Part shown: positions 45,112 through 54,994 of the stretch, piece after piece
Layout: every line of letters begins with the position of its first letter
Numbering within the stretch: position 1 is the first letter of the stretch
NCBI GenBank assembly: GCA_965198105.1
Contig: OZ240240.1
Coordinates: 797,221 to 861,220 of the forward strand
DNA length: 64,000 nt
Direction of reading: 5' to 3'
Source of the DNA: Dehalococcoidia bacterium
GTDB taxonomy: Bacteria; Chloroflexota; Dehalococcoidia; Lucifugimonadales; CBDBON01
Notes under the pieces: model-generated
Databases searched by the model: none
What the model was told of the DNA's origin: nothing
What the model saw: only the letters and a program-made list of their open reading frames with translations
Position numbers and translations under genes: made by a program

Positions 45112-46421
45112 GCTTCGCCAACATAGCCCTCTTCCCAACGACTGCGGAGGTCAACGCGGCCGGCCGCCTGGTGCTTGGCGGCTGCGACACGGTGGAGCTT
45201 GCGGCCGAGCTCGGCACGCCGCTCTACGTCTTCGACGAGGAGACGCTCAGGATGATGTGCCGCGAGTTCGTCGGCGAGTTCACGTCTCGGTACGCCGACA
45301 CGACCGTCGCCTACGCATCCAAGGCGTTCGTGAATCCGGCGCTCGCCAGGCTCGTCCATGAGGAGGGGCTCGGCCTCGACGTGGTGTCGGGAGGTGAGCT
45401 GGCGGTGGCCCGCGCGGCGGAGGTGGACATGAACGCGGTCTACTTCCACGGCAACAACAAGACGCCGGACGAGCTCGAATACGCCCTCGACGCCGGCTGC
45501 GGACGGATAGTGGTCGACAGCTTCTACGAGTTGTCTCTGCTCGGCGAGCTCGCGGGGCGGCGGGGCGTTACGCAGGAGATCATGCTCAGGCTGTCGCCGA
45601 GCGTCGACCCGCACACGCACGTCCACACGACGACCGGCATCCTCGACAGCAAGTTCGGCTTCTCGATAGAGACGGGCGACTCGACGACGGCGATCCGGCA
45701 GGCGCTGCAGGCGTCGAACCTCGACCTCGTCGGGCTTCACTTCCACCTCGGCTCACCGATCTTCGAGCTGGAGCCGTACGCGATCGCGATCGACACCGTC
45801 CTGACCTATCTGGCCCCGTTCAAGGACGAGGGGCTGGACATGCGCGAGTTCAGCCCGGGCGGAGGCTTCGCCATCGGCTACGTGCGGGACCAGCTTCCGC
45901 CGTCCGTCGCGGACTACGCGGAGGTGATCACCTCCGCGTTCAGGCGGCGGTGCGCCGAACTCGGGCTGGGGTCGCCGCGGCTGATCGTCGAGCCGGGGCG
46001 CTCGATCGTCGGAAGGGCGGGCGTGGCGCTCTACACCGTCGGCGCGATCAAGGACATCCCCACCGTTCGCAGGTACGTCTCCGTCGACGGAGGCATGGGC
46101 GACAACATCCGGCCCGCGCTGTACGCCTCCGAGTACGAGGCGGTGGCGGCCTCGCGCATGTCCGATCCTCCCTCGGAGCTGGTGACGCTCGCCGGGAAGT
46201 ACTGCGAGTCGGGCGATGTGCTCGTGCGGGACGTCTCGATGCCCGCGCTGGAGCCGGGCGATCTGATCGCCATCCCCTCCTCCGGCGCCTACGCGCCGTC
46301 TATGGCCAGCAACTACAACCTGAACGCGCGCCCCCCCATCGTTATAGTCAACGACGGAGAGGCGCGTCTCATCCGCAGGCGGGAGTCCTACGACGACATG
46401 ATGGCAATGGACGTGGTCTGA
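45108..46421 (+). CDS. lysA: Diaminopimelate decarboxylase
   Basis: 437 aa. YASKAF (PLP Lys), HFHLGS, SPGGGFAIGY and YCESGD. ATGA overlap with the MBL gene. Confidence 0.85.
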   Translation: MSFANIALFPTTAEVNAAGRLVLGGCDTVELAAELGTPLYVFDEETLRMMCREFVGEFTSRYADTTVAYASKAFVNPALARLVHEEGLGLDVVSGGELAVARAAEVDMNAVYFHGNNKTPDELEYALDAGCGRIVVDSFYELSLLGELAGRRGVTQEIMLRLSPSVDPHTHVHTTTGILDSKFGFSIETGDSTTAIRQALQASNLDLVGLHFHLGSPIFELEPYAIAIDTVLTYLAPFKDEGLDMREFSPGGGFAIGYVRDQLPPSVADYAEVITSAFRRRCAELGLGSPRLIVEPGRSIVGRAGVALYTVGAIKDIPTVRRYVSVDGGMGDNIRPALYASEYEAVAASRMSDPPSELVTLAGKYCESGDVLVRDVSMPALEPGDLIAIPSSGAYAPSMASNYNLNARPPIVIVNDGEARLIRRRESYDDMMAMDVV

Positions 46422-46440
46422 CGTTGATGAGGAAGAGCTT

Positions 46441-47637
46441 ATGAGCACCGAAGCGCAACTGTTCAAAATAGTCGATCCTAGTACCCACAAGTCGGAGCCG
46501 ATGACAGAGGTCGAATTCGCCCAGCTGGGTTTCCAAGAACGGCGAGATATCCAGGAGTGGGTAGCCGCCAACCCCGGCATCCTGGGCGAGGAGTTGCTGG
46601 TGGTGGGTAAGGAATTCAGCGGTTTCGACAGGACGTCTGAGAGACTCGACCTGCTGGCTGTAGACAAGCACGGAAAGCTCGTTGTCATAGAGTTGAAGCG
46701 CGACGACTCGGGTACTGACGCCCACTGGCAGGCTATCAAGTACGCGAGCTATCTCCACCGAGCCGAACAGGAAGACATCGTCCGCATGCTCGCGAATCAT
46801 GCAAAAATGTCGGAGGAAGACGCCACGGGCACTCTCTTGCAGTACCTTGGCACCGACGACCTCGAGACCCTGAATAACGATCAACGTATTATCCTCGCCA
46901 GTCACCGATTCGCGCCTGAGGTGACATCAGCCGCTCTGTGGCTGAACGAGAAGGCTCCTGGCGACAACCTAATGACGTGTGTTCAGTTGATCCCTTACCG
47001 GGATGCGAAGACCGAATCGTTATACGTACAGGCGAACACAACCATTCCTGTTCCCGGAGTAGACGATTACGTTATTGGTGTTGGTGACTCCTCCAATGAA
47101 GACGGGGCTGTTGGACGAGGGATCAGCAAGCTAGCTCAGACTTTCCAAAGGAACAGTAAAGACGATGTGACGCGCTTTCTCAGGAGAGTCGCGGACCGAG
47201 CCACCGAGGGTTTGTCAGCCCAACTCAAGCCGGACAAGAAAAGCAAGTGGGCAGGTAATGGAGGATGGTATCAGTCTGGTCGTAGACACTATCACATGTG
47301 GTATTCTCCATCCCGGTCGTCTTTGTGGTCTAACTGGGGAATGTCGTACTTTGTTAACCTCTACAATAGAAGCGACAGCGAGACGGAATCATGGCGGGCT
47401 GACGTAGGGCTCTTGTTCTGGTATAGCAAGATCAACGACTTAGAAAGTCGGCTTGAGGGTCTGCACGTTCATGATAACCAAGAGATAAAAGATAAAGAGC
47501 TTCGAGTATCACTTCACGGCTATGCTCTGGATGACTCTTTCACCGACGAACTCGCCGAGACGATGAGAGCCTTCATTGAGAAAGTCACGCCTATGATTGA
47601 TCGGATTGAGGACGAGTCCAACGAAGAAGATGCGTGA
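46441..47637 (+). CDS. PD-(D/E)xK nuclease (NucS/DUF91-like) domain protein with an uncharacterised C-terminal half
   Basis: 398 aa. RLDLLAVDKHGKLVVIELKRD is the D...E-x-K core typical of NucS/DUF91-type nucleases. Visibly AT-richer than lysA. Confidence 0.6.
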   Translation: MSTEAQLFKIVDPSTHKSEPMTEVEFAQLGFQERRDIQEWVAANPGILGEELLVVGKEFSGFDRTSERLDLLAVDKHGKLVVIELKRDDSGTDAHWQAIKYASYLHRAEQEDIVRMLANHAKMSEEDATGTLLQYLGTDDLETLNNDQRIILASHRFAPEVTSAALWLNEKAPGDNLMTCVQLIPYRDAKTESLYVQANTTIPVPGVDDYVIGVGDSSNEDGAVGRGISKLAQTFQRNSKDDVTRFLRRVADRATEGLSAQLKPDKKSKWAGNGGWYQSGRRHYHMWYSPSRSSLWSNWGMSYFVNLYNRSDSETESWRADVGLLFWYSKINDLESRLEGLHVHDNQEIKDKELRVSLHGYALDDSFTDELAETMRAFIEKVTPMIDRIEDESNEEDA

Positions 47638-47673
47638 CTGTGCAAACGCCGCTGAGGCGCGTAGACGCCGGGA

Positions 47674-47707
47674 CGTAATAGTGCTACTGTTTAGCAGCAC
47701 TATTACG
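47674..47707 (+). terminator. AT-rich 14-bp hairpin after the nuclease-like gene
   Basis: CGTAATAGTGCTACT-GTTT-AGCAGCACTATTACG, with 12 bp, one mismatch, then 2 bp. No following T tract. Confidence 0.35.
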
Positions 47708-47711
47708 GACC

Positions 47712-47753
47712 CTTACCTCTTCCCCCGTCCGCGGGGGAAGATTGAGATGGGGG
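47712..47753 (-). repeat. Family-A palindromic intergenic element (inverted orientation)
   Basis: The reverse complement reads CCCCCATCTCAATCTTCCCCC-GCGGAC-GGGGGAAGAGGTAAG. Confidence 0.85.
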
Positions 47754-47920
47754 TCTTTACAACCTCTACAGAGAGCCGTGGCGGAGGCATGGAGAAACCC
47801 GCATCCTGAGCATCTTCCGCGGATCGGAGGAAGGGACATAACACGGTTGACCAACCTGTCTGAGAGCGCGTCCGATTGCAGCACCCGTTAAGGCTCGACA
47901 AGCCACGCTAGGAGCCGACG

Positions 47921-49309
47921 ATGGACGACATCATCTATAAGTCCGCGAAGTCGATAGCCGGGGCGGTCCTGCGTAAGGAGGTCTCGGCGGTCGAGGTCGT
48001 CGAGACGCACCTGAGGCGCATCGAGGAGGTCAACCCGGCGCTGAACGCCGTCGTCAAGCTGTGCGCCGAACGCGCCCTCGACGAGGCAAGGCGCGCGGAC
48101 GCGGCGCTGGCGGATGGTGAGCCGACGGGCCCCCTTCACGGAGTGCCGATGACGATCAAGGACTCCCTCGACACGGAGGGGGTGGTCACCACGGGCGGCA
48201 CCCTGGGGAGGGACGGCTTCGTGCCCGAACGGGACTCGACCGTCGTCGCCCGGCTGCGAGGCGCGGGCGCGATCCTCCTGGGCAAGACCAACACCCCGGA
48301 GCTGACGCTCGCCGGCGAGACGGACAACCTCGTCTACGGCAGGACGAACAACCCCTACAACCCCTCGCGCACGCCGGGCGGCAGCAGCGGCGGGGCCGGG
48401 GCCGTCGTCGCGGCGGGAGGCTCGCCCCTCGACATGGGCAGCGACACCGGCGGCAGCATCCGACTCCCCTCCCACTTCTGCGGCATCGCGGGCCTCAAGC
48501 CTAACTCCTGGCGGGTCCCGAGGACGGGCCACATCGTCCCGTGGGGGCAGGGCGCCTTCGACTCCTTCACGCAGAACGGCCCGATGGCGAGGTTCGTCGA
48601 GGACCTGGCCCTGACCCTTCCCCTGATCGCCGGCCCCGACTGGACCGATCCGGCCATCATCGATATGCCGCTGCGCGACCCGGACGAGGTAGACGTCCCG
48701 GCCCTCCGCATCGCCTTCCACACCTCCAACGGCATCATGGACCCGACGCCGGAGACGGCCGAGGCGGTCCGCAGCGCGGCCGCGGCTCTCGATGCCCAGG
48801 GATGCGCAGTCGAAGAGGAGCGCCCGGCGGCCCTGGAGATGCTGCCCGATCTGTCCCAGATGACTCAGGCCGACGGCCGGGCGTGGATGTTCAGACTGCT
48901 CGAGAAGGCCGGCACCACCCGGACACACCCTTGGCTCCAGGACCGTTGGGATGACGACAAGCCTCTCTCCGTCGGCCAGTTCACGGCCCTGCTGGAGAGG
49001 CAGGACGAGTACCGGAGCAGGATGCTCTCGTTCATGGAGCGCTTCGACGCGCTCCTGTGCCCCGTGGCTCCCTGGCCCGCGCCTGAGCACGGCGTCACGC
49101 GCGAGGACGCGAACAGGTTCGCCTTCACCTACACGAGCGCCTACAACCAGACCGGCTGGCCCGGCGCGGTCGTGCGCGGGGCGACCTCGCCCGAAGGCCT
49201 TCCGATCGGCGTGCAGGTAGTGGCGCGTCCGTGGAGGGAGGACGTCGCAGTGGCGCTGGTCGCCCGGCTGGAAACCGCGCTCGGCGGCTGGCAACCGACT
49301 CCGATCTAG
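47921..49309 (+). CDS. Amidase (amidase signature family)
   Basis: 462 aa. GGSSGGAGAVVAAG and the GSDTGGSIRLP signature. Confidence 0.85.
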   Translation: MDDIIYKSAKSIAGAVLRKEVSAVEVVETHLRRIEEVNPALNAVVKLCAERALDEARRADAALADGEPTGPLHGVPMTIKDSLDTEGVVTTGGTLGRDGFVPERDSTVVARLRGAGAILLGKTNTPELTLAGETDNLVYGRTNNPYNPSRTPGGSSGGAGAVVAAGGSPLDMGSDTGGSIRLPSHFCGIAGLKPNSWRVPRTGHIVPWGQGAFDSFTQNGPMARFVEDLALTLPLIAGPDWTDPAIIDMPLRDPDEVDVPALRIAFHTSNGIMDPTPETAEAVRSAAAALDAQGCAVEEERPAALEMLPDLSQMTQADGRAWMFRLLEKAGTTRTHPWLQDRWDDDKPLSVGQFTALLERQDEYRSRMLSFMERFDALLCPVAPWPAPEHGVTREDANRFAFTYTSAYNQTGWPGAVVRGATSPEGLPIGVQVVARPWREDVAVALVARLETALGGWQPTPI

Positions 49310-49350
49310 TCTTCCCCTTCTCGGCGTCGTCACCGGCGTCACGGAGCGCG

Positions 49351-49359
49351 TGGTACTAT
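49351..49359 (+). promoter_or_regulatory. Extended -10 element upstream of the rhomboid gene
   Basis: TGGTACTAT (TGnTAnnnT), about 50 nt upstream of ATG 49411. No good -35. Confidence 0.25.
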
Positions 49360-49410
49360 CGTAGAGCTGTCAGGCAAAGCGATCCCCCATGCCAGGAGAA
49401 AACCCGGTCG

Positions 49411-50301
49411 ATGTACGGGATTCCGCGCGCCGTGGAGATGAGGCCCGTCGTCACGTGGACGCTGCTTGCCGTCAACCTCGTCCTGTGGCTGGCGATGGAA
49501 GCCCGCGGCGGCTCGGGGCGGCCGGACGTGCTGCTGGACTTCGGAGCGACCCACGCGCCGTACGTCTCCGCCGGAGAGTATTGGCGTCTGCTCACCTCGA
49601 TCTTCCTGCACGCCGGACTTATGCATCTCCTGTTCAACTCCATCGGCCTGCTGATGTTCGGCCGTATCGTGGAGCGGCTCTACGGCCACGTCGGCTTTGC
49701 GGCGATATATCTGCTGACAGGCGTCGGCGGAGGGATTGCCAGCTTCATGCTGAATCCGATCACCGTGGGCGCCGGCGCGAGCGGCGCCATCTTCGGCATC
49801 GTCGGGGCCTTCGCCGCCTTCTTCTTCGCGAGGCGGCACGTCCTGGGCGAGACGGCCAGACAGACCCTTTCCGGCGTCGGAGTGCTGCTGGCCATCAACC
49901 TAGCCTTCGGATTCATGGTGCCGCAGGTCGACAACTGGGCGCACCTCGGCGGCCTCGTCGTCGGCTCCCTCATCGGACTCGCGATCGCTCCTAAGACAGG
50001 AAGAGGCCCGTTGTACGTCTCCTACGGCCAGGGCTATCGCAGGATGGCCGTAGGCGTCAGGCCGGTCAGATGGCTGCTCCTCGCAGCCGTCGCGACGGTC
50101 ATGGCCGTCGGCGTGATGATCGGGAAGGCAACCATGCCTGACAACTCGGCTTCGCGCATCATCGAGGCCGAACGGCTCATCGAGGATGGACTTGTCGCCG
50201 ACGCTCTGGTCGAGCTGCTCGCCGCGAGGGACCTCGCCCTCCGGGAGAGGAACGGACGGTCGCTTGCGGAGATCGGCCAACTGCTGAGCACGATCCGCTG
50301 A
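49411..50301 (+). CDS. Rhomboid family intramembrane serine protease
   Basis: WRLLTSIFLHAGLMHLLFN, GASGAIFG (catalytic Ser) and AHLGG (His). The internal ATG at 49411 has an AGGAG upstream. The track start at 49231 overlaps the amidase gene. Confidence 0.8.
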   Translation: MYGIPRAVEMRPVVTWTLLAVNLVLWLAMEARGGSGRPDVLLDFGATHAPYVSAGEYWRLLTSIFLHAGLMHLLFNSIGLLMFGRIVERLYGHVGFAAIYLLTGVGGGIASFMLNPITVGAGASGAIFGIVGAFAAFFFARRHVLGETARQTLSGVGVLLAINLAFGFMVPQVDNWAHLGGLVVGSLIGLAIAPKTGRGPLYVSYGQGYRRMAVGVRPVRWLLLAAVATVMAVGVMIGKATMPDNSASRIIEAERLIEDGLVADALVELLAARDLALRERNGRSLAEIGQLLSTIR

Positions 50302-50306
50302 GGGAT

Positions 50307-50414
50307 CACCCTCACCTCAATCCTCTCCCGTCAAGGGAGAGGAAGGTTATAAGCTCAACCGCGCGAGGGCCAGAAGTCCCTTCTCCCCTGGAGGAGAAGA
50401 TCAGGATGAGGGGG
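50307..50414 (+). repeat. Composite two-hairpin element (module B plus inverted module C), MITE/BIME-like
   Basis: CACCCTCACCTCAATCCTCTCCC-GTCAA-GGGAGAGGAAGG ... CCCTTCTCC-CCTGG-AGGAGAAGATCAGGATGAGGGGG. The same composite occurs inverted at 63193-63310. Confidence 0.8.
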
Positions 50415-50424
50415 AAGCTTTTCC

Positions 50425-51042
50425 TTGGATAGACCGCTGAGGCTGGGCGTCCTGGCTTCGCATAGCGGGACCAATCTGCAGGCGATCATAGACGCCTGCA
50501 AGAGCGGCCGGCTCGACGCACGGGTCTGCGCCGTCATCAGCAACAACTCCTGTTCGGGCGCGCTTAGGAGGGCCCGGCGCGAGGGTATACCGTCCTACCA
50601 TCTGAGCGGAGTGACCCATCCTGCGGAGGAGGAGCGCGACTCGGCCATCCTCAGCGTGCTCGAGTCCCATGACGTCGAGATCGTCGCGCTCGCGGGCTAC
50701 ATGAAGCGGGTCGGGCCGAGGGTTCTCGCCCGGTATGATCGCCGCATCCTGAACACCCACCCCGCGCTCCTTCCCGGATTCGGAGGCGAGGGGATGTATG
50801 GGAGATTCGTGCATGAGGCGGTGCTCGCCTCCGGCGTGGAGGTGACCGGGGCCACGGTCCACCTGGTCGACGAGCGGTACGACCACGGCCCCGTCATCGC
50901 CCAGAGAGAGGTGCCAGTCTTGGCGGGGGATACGGTCGACACCCTGAGCGCAAGGGTGCTGAGCGAGGAGCACCGGCTCTACGTGGAGACCCTGCGGAGG
51001 GTCGTCGAGGGCGAAATAGACCTGGACGCGATCGGCGGTTAG
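50425..51042 (+). CDS. purN: Phosphoribosylglycinamide formyltransferase
   Basis: 205 aa. LGVLASHSGTNLQAIIDA, NTHPALLPGFGG and ATVHLVDERYDHGPVIAQ. TTG start. Confidence 0.85.
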   Translation: MDRPLRLGVLASHSGTNLQAIIDACKSGRLDARVCAVISNNSCSGALRRARREGIPSYHLSGVTHPAEEERDSAILSVLESHDVEIVALAGYMKRVGPRVLARYDRRILNTHPALLPGFGGEGMYGRFVHEAVLASGVEVTGATVHLVDERYDHGPVIAQREVPVLAGDTVDTLSARVLSEEHRLYVETLRRVVEGEIDLDAIGG

Positions 51043-51051
51043 CCGACGCCC

Positions 51052-52353
51052 TCAGGCCGACTTTCGCTCGAGGGAGGGCATGGGAACGATGTCGCTCGTC
51101 TCGGTCAGGAGCGAGACCTCGGCGGCGCCCCGGATGGCGTCGCCCGTAACCAGGCAGCGGCGCACGCTCGTCATGCTCGGCATCTCGTACATCACGTCTA
51201 GCAGCGTCTGCTCGAGGATCGTCCGCAGACCTCGCGCGCCGGTGTTCTGCTCGAGCGCCAGATCGGCGGCCACCTCCAGCGCCTCATCGGTAAACACCAG
51301 CTCCACGCCGTCCATGTCGAACAGGCACTGATACTGCTTGGCAAAGGCGTTCTTCGGCTCGGTCAACACGCGCACGAGGTCCTGCTTGTCCAGCGCCTTG
51401 AGCTTGGCTACGACGGGGAACCTTCCGACGAACTCGGGGATGAAGCCGTACTCCAGCAGGTCGTCCGCGTTTATGTGCTCCAGCAGGTTGACCGTCCTGT
51501 CCGGGTCGTCCCCGGCCGGCCCGGTCCGGTTGAAGCCGATCGTCTGCCTGTCCTTGAAGACGCGCCGCTCGACGATCTCCTCCATCGCCTCGAAGGCGCC
51601 TCCGCACATGAACAGGATGTTGTCCGTCTTGATCTGGAGGAACTCCTGGTGGGGGTGCTTGCGTCCGCCCTGCGGAGGCACGTTGGCGACGCATCCCTCG
51701 ACGATCTTCAGCAGCGCCTGCTGGACGCCCTCTCCAGACACGTCCCGGGTGATAGATGGGTTAGGACTCTTGCGGGCGATCTTGTCGATCTCGTCGATGT
51801 AGATGATGCCCTGCTCGGCGCGCGAGACGTCGTAGTCTGCGGCCTGTATCAGACGGAGCAGGATGTTCTCCACGTCTTCCCCGACGTATCCGGCCTCTGT
51901 CAGAGAGGTCGCGTCCGCGATGGCGAACGGCACGTCCAGTATCCCCGCGAGCGTCTGGGCCAGGTGGGTCTTGCCGGAGCCGGACGGGCCGGCCATGAGC
52001 ACGTTGGCCTTCTGCAGCTCGACGTCGTCGAGCTTGCGGTGGTTCGACTGGAGGCGCTTGTAGTGGTTGTAGACGGCGACGCTGAGCACCTTCTTCGCCA
52101 TCTCCTGGCCGACCACGTACTCGTCCAGCTTCCGGTATATCCAGCGGGGGTTCAGGCTCCTGGGAGCGGCGGGGCCGGGCGTCTCTTTGGACTGACTCGG
52201 CGTCTCCTCGGAGATGATCTGGTCGCACAGCGCGACGCACTCGTCGCAGATGAAGACGCGGTCGGGCCCCGCGATGAGGCGGCGCACCTGCGCCTGGGCC
52301 TTGCCGCAGAATGAGCACCGGTAGTCGGTTCGACGGGTCGAGGCTGTGGACAT
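51052..52353 (-). CDS. clpX: ATP-dependent Clp protease ATP-binding subunit ClpX
   Basis: 433 aa. Zinc ribbon CSFCGK...CDECV and Walker [12 protein letters not shown]. Confidence 0.95.
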   Translation of the reverse strand: MSTASTRRTDYRCSFCGKAQAQVRRLIAGPDRVFICDECVALCDQIISEETPSQSKETPGPAAPRSLNPRWIYRKLDEYVVGQEMAKKVLSVAVYNHYKRLQSNHRKLDDVELQKANVLMAGPSGSGKTHLAQTLAGILDVPFAIADATSLTEAGYVGEDVENILLRLIQAADYDVSRAEQGIIYIDEIDKIARKSPNPSITRDVSGEGVQQALLKIVEGCVANVPPQGGRKHPHQEFLQIKTDNILFMCGGAFEAMEEIVERRVFKDRQTIGFNRTGPAGDDPDRTVNLLEHINADDLLEYGFIPEFVGRFPVVAKLKALDKQDLVRVLTEPKNAFAKQYQCLFDMDGVELVFTDEALEVAADLALEQNTGARGLRTILEQTLLDVMYEMPSMTSVRRCLVTGDAIRGAAEVSLLTETSDIVPMPSLERKSA

Positions 52354-52370
52354 TCGGTGGCGTCTTCTCC

Positions 52371-53000
52371 CTAGTCGGCCGCGGACTTCTCCGCCTCGTC
52401 CGATGCGCCGGAGGCCAGTACCTCGTCGATGAGCCCGTAGTCCCTAGCCTGCTCGGCGCTCAGATAGTAGTCCCTGTCGGTGTCCCGCGCAATCTTCTCC
52501 TTGGACTGGCCGGTGTGGACGGAGAGCAGCTCCCGGATCTTGTCCTGCATCCTCAGCAGCTCCCTGGCCTGTATCTCGATGTCCGACGCCTGGCCCTGCG
52601 CGCCACCCAGCGGCTGGTGCATGTGTATCGTCGAATTGGGCAGCGCGTATCGCTTGCCCCGAGTGCCCGTGGTCAGCAGGACCGTACCCATGCTCGCGGC
52701 CAGTCCGACGCAGATCGTGGAGATGTCCGGTCTTATCAGCTTCATCGTGTCCACGATCGCGAGGCCCGCCGTTATGATGCCGCCGGGCGAGTTGATGTAG
52801 AGGCTGATGTCCCTCTCCGGGTCCTCTCTGTCGAGATACAGAAGCTGGGCGATGATGTTGTTCGCGACCTGGTCGACGATGGGCGTGCCCAGGAAGATAA
52901 TCCGCTCCTTCAGCAGAAGAGAGTATATGTCGTAGGCCCGCTCTCCCCGCGCTCCGGTCTCCACCACCATCGGGATCAGACTCTCAGGCCTCTCGATCAT
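52371..53000 (-). CDS. clpP: ATP-dependent Clp protease proteolytic subunit
   Basis: 209 aa. CVGLAASMG (Ser) and IHMHQP (His). Confidence 0.95.
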   Translation of the reverse strand: MIERPESLIPMVVETGARGERAYDIYSLLLKERIIFLGTPIVDQVANNIIAQLLYLDREDPERDISLYINSPGGIITAGLAIVDTMKLIRPDISTICVGLAASMGTVLLTTGTRGKRYALPNSTIHMHQPLGGAQGQASDIEIQARELLRMQDKIRELLSVHTGQSKEKIARDTDRDYYLSAEQARDYGLIDEVLASGASDEAEKSAAD

Positions 53001-54328
53001 CTGGTAGCTCCTCCTTGATCGCTATCGGTCTGTCCGGCCTCTTCCGGGCCGGCCTCCTCTTCGCCGCGGCCGATGACCGTCAGCCGTTCCAGGGTCTTCT
53101 CCGACAGGAGCATCCGCCGGATCGACCCCTTCATCTCGTCGGAGACCTCCCGCTCGTCCGGCTGCTGGCCGGACTGCGCCAGCAGCGACTCTACACGCTC
53201 ATCCACCTCCCCGTCCGACACCTCCATCTCTTCGAGCTCGGCGACCTTGGTGAGGGCGAAGGAGCGGCTGAGTCTCTCGACGGCAGCCTCCTCCATCTCT
53301 CTCCGGACCTCGTCCTCCGTCTTTCCGATCGACCGTAGATAGTCGTCGGAGCGGACGTTCGCGCGTTCAAGCACCTGCGCCCGCTCTCTCTCCATGTGAT
53401 CGACCTCATGCTCGACCATGAGGGGTGGGAGCTCCAATGCGGCGCCCTCCATAAGGGCCTCTATGCACGCCTCCCTGTACTGATCCTCGGCCCTCCGCTC
53501 GGCATCGGTCCGCAGGTCCTCGTCGACCTTCTGACGCAGCTCGTCGAGAGTCTCGTAGCCCGGCCCGTACGACTGTGCGAAGTCGTCGTTCAGAGAAGGG
53601 ACGACCCGCTCCTTCACCTCGGAGGCGCTCACCGAGAAGCTGGCCTCCTTCCCCGCCGCCTCGGAGGCGTGGTAGTCGTCCGGCACCGGAAGGGTGAACT
53701 CCCTCCGCTCGTCCCTCGCAATCCCCGCGAGCTCCTCGGCGAACCCGGGGACAGGCATCGAGAGCTCCCCGTCCATCATATAGACGACGTCCTCCACCTC
53801 CAGAAGGGTCTGCCCCTCCGCCGTCCCAACGGCGCTTATCGTCACAGTGTCGCCCATTCGGGCGGGGCGGTCGACCGGCTCCCACGTGGACATGTCCGTC
53901 TGGATACGGCCGAGAGCCGACTCCACGTCTTCGTCAGTGACCTCGACCGGCTCGACAGGCACGCGTATCGATCTGTAGTCGCCGAGCTCCACCTCCGGCT
54001 TCAACGGAACGATCGCCTTCAGGCTGACCGGATCGATGCCGACTATCTCTATCTTCGGAAGGGCGGCAGCCTCAATCTCTCGCTCGGTGATCGCGCGGTC
54101 GGTCATTTCGAACACCATCGAGTCGATCACCTCGTTCAGGAGGCTCTCGCGTCCGACGAAGCGCTCGACTATCGACCGAGGCGCCTTGCCCTTGCGGAAT
54201 CCGGGAATCGAGAGGCGGGGAACGACCCGCCTGTACCCCCTGTCCAGATAAGGGTCGACCTCGGCAGCGTCCAGCTCGATGTGGAGCACCGTCTGGCGGT
54301 TTACGACCTCTTCCTGGGTGATTATCAA
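52997..54328 (-). CDS. tig: Trigger factor
   Basis: [16 protein letters not shown], with a PPIase-like middle domain and an acidic C-terminus. I prefer the TTG at 54328 (GGGAG 6 nt upstream), because the longer track ORF would cover the promoter element. ATGA overlap with clpP. Confidence 0.8.
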   Translation of the reverse strand: MIITQEEVVNRQTVLHIELDAAEVDPYLDRGYRRVVPRLSIPGFRKGKAPRSIVERFVGRESLLNEVIDSMVFEMTDRAITEREIEAAALPKIEIVGIDPVSLKAIVPLKPEVELGDYRSIRVPVEPVEVTDEDVESALGRIQTDMSTWEPVDRPARMGDTVTISAVGTAEGQTLLEVEDVVYMMDGELSMPVPGFAEELAGIARDERREFTLPVPDDYHASEAAGKEASFSVSASEVKERVVPSLNDDFAQSYGPGYETLDELRQKVDEDLRTDAERRAEDQYREACIEALMEGAALELPPLMVEHEVDHMERERAQVLERANVRSDDYLRSIGKTEDEVRREMEEAAVERLSRSFALTKVAELEEMEVSDGEVDERVESLLAQSGQQPDEREVSDEMKGSIRRMLLSEKTLERLTVIGRGEEEAGPEEAGQTDSDQGGATR

Positions 54329-54365
54329 GCAGGGCTCCCGGGGCCGGAGGCAGATGACTACCTCG

Positions 54366-54374
54366 ATTATATCA
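54366..54374 (-). promoter_or_regulatory. Extended -10 promoter element for tig-clpP-clpX
   Basis: Minus strand reads TGATATAAT, about 38 nt upstream of the proposed tig start. Confidence 0.4.
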
Positions 54375-54496
54375 TGGCGTCTCGGCCGTAACTGCCCCGC
54401 GGCGGTCGGCTCTTGACTGACTTTCGGGCTCTTGGTACGGTGGAAACGGTAGCCGCGGCGAGACACGACCCCTCTCCCAACACCCTAGGAGACCCG

Positions 54497-54862
54497 ATGC
54501 CAGAGAGATACCGGGAAGAGATCGAGGAGATACTCAAGCAGGCGGGTGAGATGGCCCCGCCGCAGCCCATCCGAAGGAGCCGCCCGAGCATATGGGGCCT
54601 GATGGGCCTCTACGTGCGCCAGTCACTCGGCGGACGCCTCCTGTCCATCTCGCCGGGCAGGATCATGGTGGCGGCACTCGTCATCCTGCTGCTGGCGCTG
54701 GTGTTCGGCAGGGTCGGCCCGGGTATCGGCGCGCCGCTCGCCCTGGCGGCGCTTCTTCTGTTCATCGTCGGCTACGCGTGGATATTCCTCAAGCCGCCGA
54801 AGATCGAGAAGCGGTGGAGGGGCGAGCCGGTCGACGACGACTCCTGGCGCAGCCGACGGTAG
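54497..54862 (+). CDS. Small membrane protein (hypothetical)
   Basis: 121 aa from MPERYREEIEEIL (AGGAG RBS), with two hydrophobic segments (MVAALVILLLALVF and LALAALLLFIVGYAWIF). Confidence 0.55.
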   Translation: MPERYREEIEEILKQAGEMAPPQPIRRSRPSIWGLMGLYVRQSLGGRLLSISPGRIMVAALVILLLALVFGRVGPGIGAPLALAALLLFIVGYAWIFLKPPKIEKRWRGEPVDDDSWRSRR

Positions 54863-54994
54863 GAGAGCCGCAGCCCCTGTCTCAGCTCCCGTTAACGCGG
54901 GAGCGAATCTTCCGACCCCAAGCCTGGATGCCCACTCCTCGATAGGAATCGGGAACAGGCTTCGCGGGTATGACGGTCCTGCTAAACCGGAAAA

